Made by a program: the position numbers and the translations under genes | NCBI GenBank assembly: GCA_023246655.1 | Contig: JAHFHX010000002.1 | Coordinates: 31,693 to 95,692 of the forward strand | Length of the DNA stretch: 64,000 bases | From: Candidatus Magasanikiibacteriota bacterium | GTDB taxonomy: Bacteria; Patescibacteriota; Patescibacteriia; Magasanikbacterales; GWA2-37-8 | Direction: 5' to 3' | The notes under the pieces: generated by a model | The model's database searches: none | Told to the model about the DNA's origin: nothing | The model's input: the letters and a program-made list of their open reading frames with translations, nothing else | Shown here: positions 46,793-56,911 of the stretch, piece after piece | How positions within the stretch are numbered: position 1 is the stretch's first letter | Layout: every line of letters starts with the position of its first letter

Positions 46793-47122
46793 TGAATTGG
46801 CTTGAATTGAAATCCATATAACATATTTTGTTGACACAAGTCGGTTTTAATGCTACAGTAATCTCAGTGTTAACTATTAATCGATCTTTGAGGCTATTAC
46901 TCGCAGGAAAGATGCTAAAGTGAGCTTAACTGTTCGTTGTTTTTCACTTTATCTATGTTACCTAAGCACTTCGTGGAAACTTATCTTCAGGCTTCTTTAA
47001 GCCTTATTTTAAATTGTTCCCATACCTAAAGTGGCTTAGTTTTTCTTTCTTTTGCAGTGTCACTAGTTTATTGCTATTCTTAAAAATGAGAGTTGCAATG
47101 CTGCCCTGGCACATAACAAGTA

Positions 47123-48706
47123 ATGTCCTCAGATCCATGGGGATTTTTTAATTATATGCTTGGAAATCTTAGTTTCATTGCTAAACTATTTATTGTCCTG
47201 GCCGCCGTGTTTGGTACCGGTGGCGCCGGAGTAGCCATTGGTTACTTTCTCCGTAAAAAAGTTGCCCAGGCTCAAGTTAATTCGTTGGAGGCAAAAGCGG
47301 AGCAAATTTTAATTGAGGCCAAAAATAAACAACAGGGCTTAATTCTTGATGCCCAAGGAAAGGCGGTACGACTTATTGAAAATGCTAAACAAGAAGAAGT
47401 GCGCCTGCGCCAAGATGTGCAAAGTGAAAAACAGCGTTTAGAACGACGCGAAAATGTTTTTGATCAAAAATTATTGGAGTTTCAAGATAAACAACAAAAA
47501 TTCCAAGAAAAGGTGGAGCGAGTCCAACAAGTGAAGCAGGAAATTGAACAGATCCGCGACCAACAAATTACCAAACTCCAAGAGGTTGCCTCCCTTACCC
47601 GAGAAGAAGCTAAAGAGCTGCTGTTGAAGCGCGTGGAGGAAAATAATAAAACTGACCTCATGGGCCGTATTATTAAATTGGATAAAGAAGCTACCGAGGT
47701 ATATGAAGAAAAAGCTCGCGAATTAGTGGTAGGAGCCTTGCACCGCTGCGCTTCTTCACATGCCGCCGAGAATACTTCGACCATGATTACTATCCCCAAC
47801 GAAGAAATGAAGGGGCGTATTATTGGTAAGGAAGGGCGGAACATTAAGACGATTGAAAAATTAACTGGCTGTGAAATTGTTATTGATGACAGCCCGGATT
47901 CCATTGTTATTTCTGGATTCTCCATGATTCGTCGCCAAATTGCCAAGCTGGCACTTGAAAAACTTATTGCCGATGGCCGTATTCAACCGGCGCGGATTGA
48001 AGAATTTGTGGACAAAGCTAAACAAGATCTGGCCCTTGATATTAAAAAAGCTGGAGAAGAAGCCTTATATAAAATGGGCATTACGGGCATTGATCCAAAA
48101 CTCGTCAACATTGTTGGCCGGTTAAAATTCCGCACCAGCTACGGACAGAATGTTATTAACCATTCGATGGAAGTAGGGTACCTGTCTGCCCTCTTGGCCG
48201 AAGAACTTGGTCTTAACGCCACGCTCGCCAAAAAATGTGGATTCTTTCATGACATCGGCAAGGCGGTGGACCACGAAACCCAAGGTTCACACCCAGAGAT
48301 TGGCCATATGATTCTTAAAAAATTCAACATGGATGAGGATATTTGCCAAGCAGCCCTCACCCACCACCATGATAAACCATATAATGTCTACTCCTCGGTG
48401 GCCAAGGCAGCCGATGCGATTTCGGCTTCGCGGGTTGGTGCTCGACGCGATACCTATGAACAATATGTGGCTCGCCTGGAAGATTTAGAGCAAACCGCCA
48501 GTGGTTTTCCTGGAATTGAAAAAGTCTATGCTATTCAAGCTGGCCGAGAGGTTCGCGTGTTTGTGCGACCAAACGACGTTGACGATTACTCCGCCTTCCA
48601 ACTTGCTAAAGACATTGCCCATAAAATAGAACAGGAACTAAAATATCCCGGTGAAATTCGTGTTACCTTGATTCGAGAGACCAGAGTGGTGGAGTACGCC
48701 AAGTAA
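47123..48706 (+). CDS. rny: Ribonuclease Y.
   Basis: N-terminal TM, coiled coil, KH domain (KGRIIGKEGRNIKTIEKLTG) and HD domain. Confidence 0.9.
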   Translation: MSSDPWGFFNYMLGNLSFIAKLFIVLAAVFGTGGAGVAIGYFLRKKVAQAQVNSLEAKAEQILIEAKNKQQGLILDAQGKAVRLIENAKQEEVRLRQDVQSEKQRLERRENVFDQKLLEFQDKQQKFQEKVERVQQVKQEIEQIRDQQITKLQEVASLTREEAKELLLKRVEENNKTDLMGRIIKLDKEATEVYEEKARELVVGALHRCASSHAAENTSTMITIPNEEMKGRIIGKEGRNIKTIEKLTGCEIVIDDSPDSIVISGFSMIRRQIAKLALEKLIADGRIQPARIEEFVDKAKQDLALDIKKAGEEALYKMGITGIDPKLVNIVGRLKFRTSYGQNVINHSMEVGYLSALLAEELGLNATLAKKCGFFHDIGKAVDHETQGSHPEIGHMILKKFNMDEDICQAALTHHHDKPYNVYSSVAKAADAISASRVGARRDTYEQYVARLEDLEQTASGFPGIEKVYAIQAGREVRVFVRPNDVDDYSAFQLAKDIAHKIEQELKYPGEIRVTLIRETRVVEYAK

Positions 48707-48913
48707 AAGTCTGAAAGTTAAAAGTCCTTAAAGTCTATTAAAGTAATTAATTGGCGACTTTACGACTTTTGACTTTCAACTTTATGGACTTCATAAGGGT
48801 GTGGATAAGTGGTTTGTGCTAACTGTAGCTAAAAAATATAGAAGTGCTATAATTACTAACGTAAATTAGCCAAAAAAATTACTTTAGACTTTAATTAATT
48901 AAGTACGTTCACT

Positions 48914-49192
48914 ATGAACAAAGCTGAATTGGCGCAAGCCTTAGCAGAAAAGTTAAACGTCTCCAAACGAGAGGCAGAAGACATGCTTAACATGTTTGTA
49001 GACATGGTTACCGCTGAACTCAAAAAGGGTGGCGAGGTAGTTCTTACTGGTTTTGGCGCTTTCAGCGTCAAGGCTCGGGCCGCTCGCATGGGTGTTAATC
49101 CGCAGAATCCTTCCCAGAAAATACAAATTCCAGCTGTTAAGGTTCCAAAATTTAAAGCCGGCAAGGCGCTTAAGGATGCCTTGAAGGCATAG
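48914..49192 (+). CDS. hup: HU-family DNA-binding protein.
   Basis: MNKAELAQALAEKLNVSKREAEDMLN...GFGAFSVKARAARMGVNPQN. Confidence 0.9.
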   Translation: MNKAELAQALAEKLNVSKREAEDMLNMFVDMVTAELKKGGEVVLTGFGAFSVKARAARMGVNPQNPSQKIQIPAVKVPKFKAGKALKDALKA

Positions 49193-49224
49193 GCGAAGTT
49201 CTTAGTTCACAAAAAATTAAAAAC

Positions 49225-49252
49225 GATCCCGACTCAGTCGGGATCGTTTTCT
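49225..49252. terminator. Bidirectional terminator hairpin nested inside a 13-bp outer inverted repeat, between convergent hup genes.
   Basis: AACGATCCCGACTcaGTCGGGATCGTT, flanked by agttcttagttca ... tgaactaagaact. Confidence 0.65.
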
Positions 49253-49273
49253 GTCTACTATGAACTAAGAACT

Positions 49274-49555
49274 TTACAGTACTGCCTCTTTCGCGGCCTT
49301 AGCGACACGGAATTTTACCACTGTCTTAGCGGGAATCTGAATTGAGGCGCCAGTTGCCGGGTTACGCCCCATGCGAGCCGCGCGGTGTACTTTTACCAAT
49401 TTGCCAAGACCTGGCAATACAAACACACCACTCTTTTTTACTTCCTTGTACGCCATTTCGACAACGGCGTCCATGAATCCCCCTACGTCTTTTTTGCTCA
49501 TGCCAGTTTTTTCTGCGAGCGCAGAAACAACGGCTGATTTAGTCATACCTGCCAT
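49274..49555 (-). CDS. hup: HU-family DNA-binding protein (second paralog).
   Basis: MAGMTKSAVVSALAEKTGMSKKDVGGFMDAVVEM...VHRAARMGRNPATG. Confidence 0.9.
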   Translation of the reverse strand: MAGMTKSAVVSALAEKTGMSKKDVGGFMDAVVEMAYKEVKKSGVFVLPGLGKLVKVHRAARMGRNPATGASIQIPAKTVVKFRVAKAAKEAVL

Positions 49556-49719
49556 ACGTTTTGTAGGCTTAAGAATAAAATGTTAATTAACGACCTGTGG
49601 ATAGTATACACCTTCTACCAAAAACATGCAATAATGGGCTGTTTTTGTTTGTGGAATTTGATATACTGCTATCACGTTTATCCTTATCCTCAAAGCTATA
49701 AATTACAGAATACCCGTTT

Positions 49720-49860
49720 TGTCATCCCGAGGAGCCTTCCGCCAAAGGCGGACACAGCGCGAGGCCTGCCCGCCTCTGGCGGGAGGGATCTCTCTGTCCG
49801 TCGTTGGTTGATTGAGACAGAGATTCCTCACCCCCTGTGACGGGGGATTCGGAATGACAA
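49720..49860. repeat. Family-B palindromic element (intergenic, extended).
   Basis: gtcatcccgaggagccttccgccaaaggcggacacagcgcgaggcctgcccgcctctggcgggagggatctctctgtccgtcg...gacagagattcctc...ggaatgacaa. Confidence 0.7.
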
Positions 49861-49908
49861 TTGATTTTTTTGATTCAAAGCTCTAAGGAGAGAGTATTGC
49901 TATAGCAT

Positions 49909-50853
49909 ATGTCTGAAAAACTTTCTCAACCACAAATCAACATTTTCCGCCGTACTATCTACTCCTACTACAAAAAATATGGTCGTATTTTGCCGTGGCG
50001 CCAGACGCATGACCCCTACAAAATTATAGTCTCGGAAATTATGCTCCAACAAACGCAGGTGGACAGGGTGATTCCAAAATATGAACGCTGGATAAAAATC
50101 TTTCCTGATTTTCTTACCCTCGCCAAGGCACCGCTTAAAAAAATACTAAAAGAATGGCGGGGTTTGGGGTATAATCGGCGGGCGATTAATTTAAAAAGGT
50201 TGGCGGAAATTATTGTGAGGGCGTATATCAATACGCCCCTACCGAATGACCCAAAAATCCTCGAAACGCTTCCTGGCATTGGACCACACACCGCCGGCTC
50301 AATTGCGGCATTTGCGTTTAACCAACCAGTGACGTTTATTGAGACGAATATTCGGACAGTCTTTATCCACTATTTTTTTCAAAGCGGACGAGCAAATTCC
50401 CCCCTCGAGGGGGGTAGTGGGGGTGTAAGACTGTTGCGTGGCCGTTTGTCCAACGGTTCGCAACGCAAAGGACTTACACCCCCCGGTGAGCCCCCCTCGA
50501 GGGGGGATTTGGTGAGTGACGCTGACATTATGCCCCTCGTGGAGCAAACCCTGGACCGTAAAGATCCCCGCCGTTGGTATAATGCGCTGATGGACTATGG
50601 GGTATATCTAAAAAAACTTCATAAAAATCCCAGCCGCCGTAGTGCGCATTATATAAAACAAAGCAAATTTGAAGGGTCGAATCGGCAATTACGGGGGATG
50701 ATTTTAAAATGTTTAGTTACTCACAGAAAAATGACTATTCGAGAAATAACATCTGAGATATCTGGAGATAAGGAGATGGTGGAAAAAAATCTGCAGCAAC
50801 TAACTGCAGAAGGATTTTTAAAAATTACTGGAAAAAAATACCAACTAAGCTAG
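49909..50853 (+). CDS. HhH-GPD DNA glycosylase (MutY/Nth-like) lacking the 4Fe-4S Cys cluster, with an in-frame family-C insert.
   Basis: YKIIVSEIMLQQTQVDRVIPKYERWI...WRGLGYNRRA...LPGIGPHTAGSIAAFAF. No Cx6Cx2Cx5C cluster is present. Confidence 0.65.
   Translation: MSEKLSQPQINIFRRTIYSYYKKYGRILPWRQTHDPYKIIVSEIMLQQTQVDRVIPKYERWIKIFPDFLTLAKAPLKKILKEWRGLGYNRRAINLKRLAEIIVRAYINTPLPNDPKILETLPGIGPHTAGSIAAFAFNQPVTFIETNIRTVFIHYFFQSGRANSPLEGGSGGVRLLRGRLSNGSQRKGLTPPGEPPSRGDLVSDADIMPLVEQTLDRKDPRRWYNALMDYGVYLKKLHKNPSRRSAHYIKQSKFEGSNRQLRGMILKCLVTHRKMTIREITSEISGDKEMVEKNLQQLTAEGFLKITGKKYQLS
50395..50520. repeat. Family-C GC-rich palindromic insert (cccctcgagggg x2).
   Basis: ccCCCCTCGAGGGGggtagtggggg...ggtgagCCCCCCTCGAGGGGGGatt. 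Confidence 0.45.
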
Positions 50854-51857
50854 GCGATATGAGTGGTGGCTACATCTAAACCCAAGCGCTCTTCCAAATC
50901 ATACCGGCCATCGCCACCACCGAACATTTTGCCCTGAACAGCATCAAGGAAAAGTAAATAACGACGGGTCTCATCTTCAATTGAGAGCACTGTTGGACCA
51001 GCTAGCCGAAAATAGGGATTATGCAATTCTTTATCAGTTGCCGATAGGCGCCGGGAGTCTTCGTCAAATGCTTTCCAATGAGCCCGCAAGTGTGACGTAT
51101 CGGGTAGCTGGGAAGGTTCCCACCAAAAAGGAACGAGCAGATTGATATCGGCTTCGGCTTGAACGGCGTCGAGTGCTTCAAGCGTGCCGCGTTCAGCGGC
51201 ACGTTCTGTCACTTGCTCAGGGAGATCAAGTAATTCATATGCTCGATCAGGCGGTAATGATGGCAAATGTGGCAGAGCTCTCCGGATAGCCGCAACGGCA
51301 GGGGCAAGTTCCTCGTAAGGTTTGCCGCGAGCGTCCTCGGCGGACCAGTCATAATAGGTGGAAATAAGCGGGCGCCAGTTAAGCTCGCGGAACTGCTGTC
51401 CATGTCGCAGTTCATGCAAAAGATATGCTATCTCGAGCGGAGATTTTAATGGCGGAATAACAATTTCATCCCGGGGAGATTCACCCCATCCGGTTTGCTC
51501 TACAAGCGCATCGATAATTATTGAAATGTTATTGTGGTTAAACCTTTGCAAAAGATCATAAGTTTTAAAAGTCTGTGAATGAACCAACACCACAGCATCA
51601 AGTTGATGACCTTCATAGTGCCCAAGCGCTGGATCGTTTGATTCTACTGGAGTCGGCTCCTCCCGAATATCAACCATGGCCTGACAAATTGGTTCTCCGG
51701 TGTCGCGACGATATTCTCGTAGCTCTCGCCAACAGCGATACTCTTTACCTCGCTCGCCTTTGATTATAAGCTCTTTTTGAATCGGTTCTAAAGAAAAATC
51801 TCGTCGACTCGACTCATGGTGAAATAGGGCGGCCTGTTCGGCCATGCGGGAAGACAT
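50850..51857 (-). CDS. Hypothetical protein with an HExxHxxQ zincin-like motif.
   Basis: EIAYLLHELRHGQQF. About 55% GC. Confidence 0.4.
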   Translation of the reverse strand: MSSRMAEQAALFHHESSRRDFSLEPIQKELIIKGERGKEYRCWRELREYRRDTGEPICQAMVDIREEPTPVESNDPALGHYEGHQLDAVVLVHSQTFKTYDLLQRFNHNNISIIIDALVEQTGWGESPRDEIVIPPLKSPLEIAYLLHELRHGQQFRELNWRPLISTYYDWSAEDARGKPYEELAPAVAAIRRALPHLPSLPPDRAYELLDLPEQVTERAAERGTLEALDAVQAEADINLLVPFWWEPSQLPDTSHLRAHWKAFDEDSRRLSATDKELHNPYFRLAGPTVLSIEDETRRYLLFLDAVQGKMFGGGDGRYDLEERLGLDVATTHIA

Positions 51858-52051
51858 ATGAATAAATAATTTATGCAGCAGCTAAAAGACTTGAACTATT
51901 AAATCATAGAAATTATTTTCTGTAAATAAATCAAATCTTTCTTGACGATTGACTTTATTCTTAGATACGGTATACTATGGGCTATCAAATAATTTAAATT
52001 TTGGATATTATATTAGACATTAAAAATTAGTATCTTGAATTCTTTAACTAT

Positions 52052-52123
52052 GGCCCCATCGTCTAGTGGCTAGGACACCACGCTTTCAATGTGGTAACAC
52101 GAGTTCGATTCTCGTTGGGGCTA
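52052..52123 (+). tRNA. tRNA-Glu (anticodon TTC).
   Basis: GGCCCCATCGTCTAGTGG...anticodon loop CTTTCAA...GGTTCGATTCTCGTTGGGGCTA. The cloverleaf can be folded by eye. Confidence 0.85.
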
Positions 52124-52130
52124 CGAGTAT

Positions 52131-52160
52131 TAAAAAATAGCTAAAGATTAGCTATTTTTT
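52131..52160 (+). terminator. Intrinsic terminator after tRNA-Glu.
   Basis: aaaaaATAGCTAaagatTAGCTATttttt. Confidence 0.55.
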
Positions 52161-52190
52161 AGATTTTGCGAATTTATTTTAATCAATTAG

Positions 52191-53180
52191 CTAACTGCGT
52201 TTTTTTAATTTATCAAAAAATGGGAAATAATGTTTTTCCAAAATCGTAAATACCCATTCATAAAATTCTTCAATTATATTTTTACCACTTGGCCCATTAA
52301 TTGCTAAGGCAGGGCAGCCGGTGGTAACGTCATGCTGAAAAGCCGATGCTTTCAAGGCGGCGAGAACATCTTTATTAATATGAAGTGCAAATGTTGGATG
52401 ACCCTGCCGATCGGTGGTGGTTAAATGAAACTGCCTAAAATCATACTCTTGTCTTTGCTGTTTATCTCGCACCAACATTGTTTCTAACTTTATAAACGTA
52501 TTAATAAACATTGACGCCATTATAATGATCATCCGTCGGCTTTCCAACATTATCGCCCTGGCTTCAGCTGCACTAATGGTTTGTGGATGAAATGCTTCCC
52601 GATATACAGCGGGTATAACCTTGGCAATACCAAGCACTACATTGGTTGCAGTACCAATGCCATTAAATATATGCTCGGCAGGCGAATCAGTTGTACTACC
52701 AGCCAAGTTCCGTTCTCTAATAAAATCCATTAAAGCACCGAATTGTTTGTTTCTTAGAACCTCGTTGCCAGGTACATCAGGTTGAACTGATTGAGATAAT
52801 GATTGCTCACGCTTATGTTGCCAGTTTTGTATTTTCTCTAGCAAAAAATTGTTAATGTCGCCCTCTATTTCTGCTAGAATGTCTTCGGGATACTTTTTAT
52901 CTTCAAAGTCTGCATCTGTCGCTGCGGTGAATATCAGCCCTTGTCCTTCGACAATTCTGCGTACTGGTAATGCCCCGTTATGTTCTCTTATCCACGGTGC
53001 AACTTCTTGCTGCCAGGCTTCGGCTATAAAAATAGCGGTCAAAGCCATAAAGTCGCTTTTATTATCAGCTACCTCAGCACCAGCTGCAAGTTCGTGTACC
53101 CGTGTCCGCAAATTTACTTGGGAACCAATTTCTTTTGTATGAAGAAGACTTCTAATTGTGTCCATACTGTTTGAATTCAT
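52191..53180 (-). CDS. Hypothetical protein (tRNA-bracketed island).
   Basis: 329-aa ORF with no motif recognised. Confidence 0.4.
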   Translation of the reverse strand: MNSNSMDTIRSLLHTKEIGSQVNLRTRVHELAAGAEVADNKSDFMALTAIFIAEAWQQEVAPWIREHNGALPVRRIVEGQGLIFTAATDADFEDKKYPEDILAEIEGDINNFLLEKIQNWQHKREQSLSQSVQPDVPGNEVLRNKQFGALMDFIRERNLAGSTTDSPAEHIFNGIGTATNVVLGIAKVIPAVYREAFHPQTISAAEARAIMLESRRMIIIMASMFINTFIKLETMLVRDKQQRQEYDFRQFHLTTTDRQGHPTFALHINKDVLAALKASAFQHDVTTGCPALAINGPSGKNIIEEFYEWVFTILEKHYFPFFDKLKKRS

Positions 53181-53318
53181 TGCTCATAGTCTAAAGACAA
53201 TAGGAATAATTGTCAACTATCTTAAATTTAAAAAAATCAAACCTATGCTTGCTTTAAATCTTGTTTTATTTTACAATACTCTCAATACAAAATTTTTTTA
53301 AATTAACCACCCACCACT

Positions 53319-54455
53319 ATGGCTGAAGGACGACCGAGAGTTTTTTCGGACATTCCGCGTTGGGCAACCGATGATGTCGAGGAACAAGAAAAATTTTTTC
53401 CCGATGAACCAGCACTTGAAGGCCCGCCAAAAAGTGCCGAGGAATCTTTATTTTTATCGATCCCGGAATTAAGCTATGCTGCTGATATTGTGGTAGCCCT
53501 GAATGCCGCCGAGGGAGCCGCAGAAAAAGCAGCTGTTATCCACCGAACCGTTCAGGATTTTCTAGAAGATCCGCGCCGATTAAGCGATTTTTTTGATGCG
53601 GTTAAGACCTTGCAGGATAGTAAGAAATATCATGGTGCAAAACGAGCGGCAGGCGATATAAAGAAAGCCCTACCTGATGCTTTGTTCGAAACCTTTCCGC
53701 CTTCAACTGCTGCGCTGGAACGCTGGATTACGCTGTATGCCGAGAGTGATGTATACCAAGGGACAGCTGAAAAAATTCTCCATAAGGCAATGGATGCCTG
53801 TGGCAATGTGGAGGCAATGGCGACACTGTGTTATGAATTAGCTTTAGCTGGCCTTAGAAGCAGTAATGACAAGGTGGTTAAAAAGACTTTACAAATTTTA
53901 GGACAATTAACACCAGCGCTTCCCGCTGCCTCAAAAGCAGCAGTTTTATTTGAGTTGGCTAAATTGTCTCCTCATGAAAGCACGTTCTTAAAATTACGAG
54001 AAATTGACGCAGCAGTAGCTGATGTCAGTGCACGCAAAGACCCTAGCATGCGAGGGCGGATAGATGCAGCGGTGGGCAGAACGCAGCGACACCCTGATTA
54101 TAGAACAGAAGTGCAAAAGTTAACAACAACTAACCCTACGTGGGTAGCGGGTATACGTGCTTTTCAGAAAATGCTCGTACGGGGTCCGGCAGAAATGGCA
54201 ACAAAAATTCAAGCAATGCACGACACCTTGAGTGCCGGAGAGGCCTCTGCAGAAGTTGCTGCCGCGATGGATTCACCAGCTGCGCCAGTGCTTGAAGCCT
54301 TGGCTCGGCGTTCTGGACCTCTTAAACGATGGCATGATGATTTATTAGCTGAGTCGCTCCAGACAGAGGGAGTACAGGTGGTTAGCCTCCACTTACCAAA
54401 TTTACACGGTATAATTCCGGCAGAACGTAGAACTTGTTGCTGCTACTATTATTGA
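53319..54455 (+). CDS. Hypothetical Ala-rich helical protein ending in CCCYYY.
   Basis: 378-aa ORF with a C-terminal RTCCCYYY. Confidence 0.4.
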   Translation: MAEGRPRVFSDIPRWATDDVEEQEKFFPDEPALEGPPKSAEESLFLSIPELSYAADIVVALNAAEGAAEKAAVIHRTVQDFLEDPRRLSDFFDAVKTLQDSKKYHGAKRAAGDIKKALPDALFETFPPSTAALERWITLYAESDVYQGTAEKILHKAMDACGNVEAMATLCYELALAGLRSSNDKVVKKTLQILGQLTPALPAASKAAVLFELAKLSPHESTFLKLREIDAAVADVSARKDPSMRGRIDAAVGRTQRHPDYRTEVQKLTTTNPTWVAGIRAFQKMLVRGPAEMATKIQAMHDTLSAGEASAEVAAAMDSPAAPVLEALARRSGPLKRWHDDLLAESLQTEGVQVVSLHLPNLHGIIPAERRTCCCYYY

Positions 54456-54492
54456 TTCCTTAGAGAGCACACCAGAAGAAGGTGCTGCCCCT

Positions 54493-55212
54493 TTGCGTGA
54501 AGCGGGTTACTGGCGAACACTTGGGCACCTTGTGCCTGAAGCAATGGTAGACCCAGACAAAGCCCGCGAAATACGTGACCAACTCCGTTTGGATAATGAG
54601 CGACTCATCCAAGAAATGCGTGATGACTCAATTCATTTTCTGAGTCCGCGTGGTGACCAGATTGATTTTTCTGACCCCATCCTTGCGGACCTGGGATTTA
54701 AAGGCATAACTTTTGAAATGGACCCACGGAACCGTCGTGACACCATTGTTAGTTTAAATGTTGGGAATTTTACTTACCAAGCAGTGCTGGATGAATATTT
54801 TGCTTTGCGTGAAACTGGCCCCGAAGGACGTAGTGTTGTTTTACCAGATGATGGTGAACTATTGCGAAATATTCTCTTAAGCCATCTACATGCCATCCGT
54901 TGCACCGACACAGTTAAAGATACGGAAGCAGCTTTGCCTGGCGAATCAGGGGAACGATCTTTTCGTGGTCGTCGCGCTCATCGACGTATTTTGGCAGAAG
55001 GCTATTCCCCTACCCGTGCCCAAATACTTCTCATTTTAAGAGACTACGATATTGATTTAAACCGTTGGAATGAAGAACGTGCTCGACAAGGAAAAGAGAG
55101 AAGGGTTACCTATGTTAAAGAATCTGAGGCAGATACTAACCAGGGTGCTCCGGTACGCTCGGTAGCTCCGCAAGCCACTAATAAGCTGCGCGCAATTTTA
55201 ACAGCAACTTGA
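54493..55212 (+). CDS. Hypothetical protein.
   Basis: 239-aa ORF. Confidence 0.4.
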   Translation: MREAGYWRTLGHLVPEAMVDPDKAREIRDQLRLDNERLIQEMRDDSIHFLSPRGDQIDFSDPILADLGFKGITFEMDPRNRRDTIVSLNVGNFTYQAVLDEYFALRETGPEGRSVVLPDDGELLRNILLSHLHAIRCTDTVKDTEAALPGESGERSFRGRRAHRRILAEGYSPTRAQILLILRDYDIDLNRWNEERARQGKERRVTYVKESEADTNQGAPVRSVAPQATNKLRAILTAT

Positions 55213-55254
55213 ATGGGTTCGGAATAATGAAGGCTGCTACCAACAAACACAGAA

Positions 55255-55322
55255 AAAACAAAACCACCCGTGTCTCCTACATGAGTATCCAAATACTTAG
55301 ATACTCATGTAGGGTGTGGGTG
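55255..55322. terminator. Long hairpin between convergent genes.
   Basis: aaccacccgtgtcTCCTACATGAGTATCcaaatacttaGATACTCATGTAGGgtgtgggtggtt. It shares the tgtagggtg.gggtggtt motif with 44895-44925. Confidence 0.55.
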
Positions 55323-55395
55323 GTTTTGTTAAACCAGCGCTGCTGACAACGCGGGTGTAGGCAGTTGCTTGCTAAGCTCTCTGGTCCTTTGGACC

Positions 55396-55773
55396 TCAAT
55401 TGCCTCCGCCTCCTTCCTGGCGCCACACCTCGTAGCGCTCCCAGCGGGCGGCCGACATCACCTCGGGCTCGTGCTCCGAGGTTTCCGGGAACTCGCCGGC
55501 CGTGAGCATCTCGAGGGTGGGCTCGAGCTCCTGCTCGAACCGATAGCGGGTGGCCAGCTCCCGCAGCTGACTGAGCGAAAAGAGGATGCACGCTCCCAGC
55601 GGGGCCCGGGTATGGGCCGCACCGACGATGAGCGGCTCTCCGCCTTCCCCGGTTGCCACCACCTGTCCGCTCCACAGGCCGCGGAAGATGGCAACAACTA
55701 CCTCGGAGCCGTTGATGACTACCCAATCAACGGCGCAGACCGTTTCCCAATGCGACGGGATTTTGCCCTGCAT
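55396..55773 (-). CDS. Hypothetical protein in a about 62% GC islet.
   Basis: AGGAGAccacgATG. 125 aa, MQGKIPSHWETVCAVDWVVINGSEVVV... Confidence 0.35.
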   Translation of the reverse strand: MQGKIPSHWETVCAVDWVVINGSEVVVAIFRGLWSGQVVATGEGGEPLIVGAAHTRAPLGACILFSLSQLRELATRYRFEQELEPTLEMLTAGEFPETSEHEPEVMSAARWERYEVWRQEGGGGN

Positions 55774-55944
55774 CGTGGTCTCCTTTCTCCCGAACAATGC
55801 GGGTATAAGGTAGTAGACCATGTTTTAACTCTCTGGTCAAACTGCTATGACCCAATTTAGGAATCACAATTATCTTGCTTTTTATCGGTAAATTTTGTAG
55901 AATGGGATCTTGGAGAAGTTCGTAATACATTATTTGTTTTCACT

Positions 55945-56769
55945 ATGGATTCAGAAGATAAGCGGCGTGCTGCCGAGGCGGCGGCGGAGCAGGAAAATGC
56001 CAAACGTTCGGTTGAGTTAAATCGCGCCGCGCTGGTAGCTTTATTTGCCGAACGACCGAGTATATTTATACGAGCAGTTGATACGGCAAATAGTACTCGT
56101 GGGCAAGTGCAGTTACTCTCTAACAATTCCTTGGTCTTTATTGCTGAAAATGGCGGCACAACCGACATCGCCAACGCTCCACCTGATCGGTTTATTTTAA
56201 CCTCTGATTCTTACAAGTTGATCGATCCTAGATTCAGGCAACAAGAAGCAAACCTGGTAGAAGACAAATTTCCAAACCCTCTCCTGCAAAAACGACCAGG
56301 ACCCGAACTTGTAGAATTATGGGAGGCCGGAGAAGATTTTTCAGTAGCTGGAATTCTTACTGGACCTCCAGCAGCTGAAGGCCGGGAACGAAAACGGCCG
56401 CGGGATATCTTTCAGCAGGAGCTTACGGCAGCCTTTAGAGCGGGAATTGGGAGGTGGTCGTCATCGAAAAAATCCTATTCACTTTCTTGCTCCGATCCCC
56501 ACCATCTTGCCCGATTGGCGGAAAAAGCTAACCTCACTGTTGTTAGAATTCCAATCTCACAATTTGGTGAAATAGAATTCCTTACTGATGGCAATTACTT
56601 TATTGGAAATGCTCTTGATAGATCCGGACGCAATGATATTCGGCACATACTTAGCCAACATGATTCTACAAGAATCCGTGGCGGAATTGGTGGTTTAGTT
56701 TTTGATTTTCACAACGATCGTCTTATTGTGGTAAATGGTGAAAAAGCTTTAGAATTACAACAGAAGTAG
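55945..56769 (+). CDS. Hypothetical protein.
   Basis: 274-aa ORF. Confidence 0.4.
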   Translation: MDSEDKRRAAEAAAEQENAKRSVELNRAALVALFAERPSIFIRAVDTANSTRGQVQLLSNNSLVFIAENGGTTDIANAPPDRFILTSDSYKLIDPRFRQQEANLVEDKFPNPLLQKRPGPELVELWEAGEDFSVAGILTGPPAAEGRERKRPRDIFQQELTAAFRAGIGRWSSSKKSYSLSCSDPHHLARLAEKANLTVVRIPISQFGEIEFLTDGNYFIGNALDRSGRNDIRHILSQHDSTRIRGGIGGLVFDFHNDRLIVVNGEKALELQQK

Positions 56770-56837
56770 ACAATTAAATTGCAGATTGACTTTACTTTTC
56801 TTTTTAGATATCATTCTGGCTAACCGAAATACTATAC

Positions 56838-56911
56838 GTCAGGGTAGCTCAGACGGTTAGAGCGTAGCATTCATAACGCTAAGGTCGAGGGTTCAACTCC
56901 CTCCCCTGACA
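56838..56911 (+). tRNA. tRNA-Met (anticodon CAT, elongator-type; possibly Ile2-lysidine).
   Basis: GTCAGGGTAGCTCAGACGGTTAGAGCG...loop TTCATAA...GGTTCAACTCCCTCCCCTGACA. G1-C72 are paired, and there is no GGG/CCC run in the anticodon stem. Confidence 0.8.
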
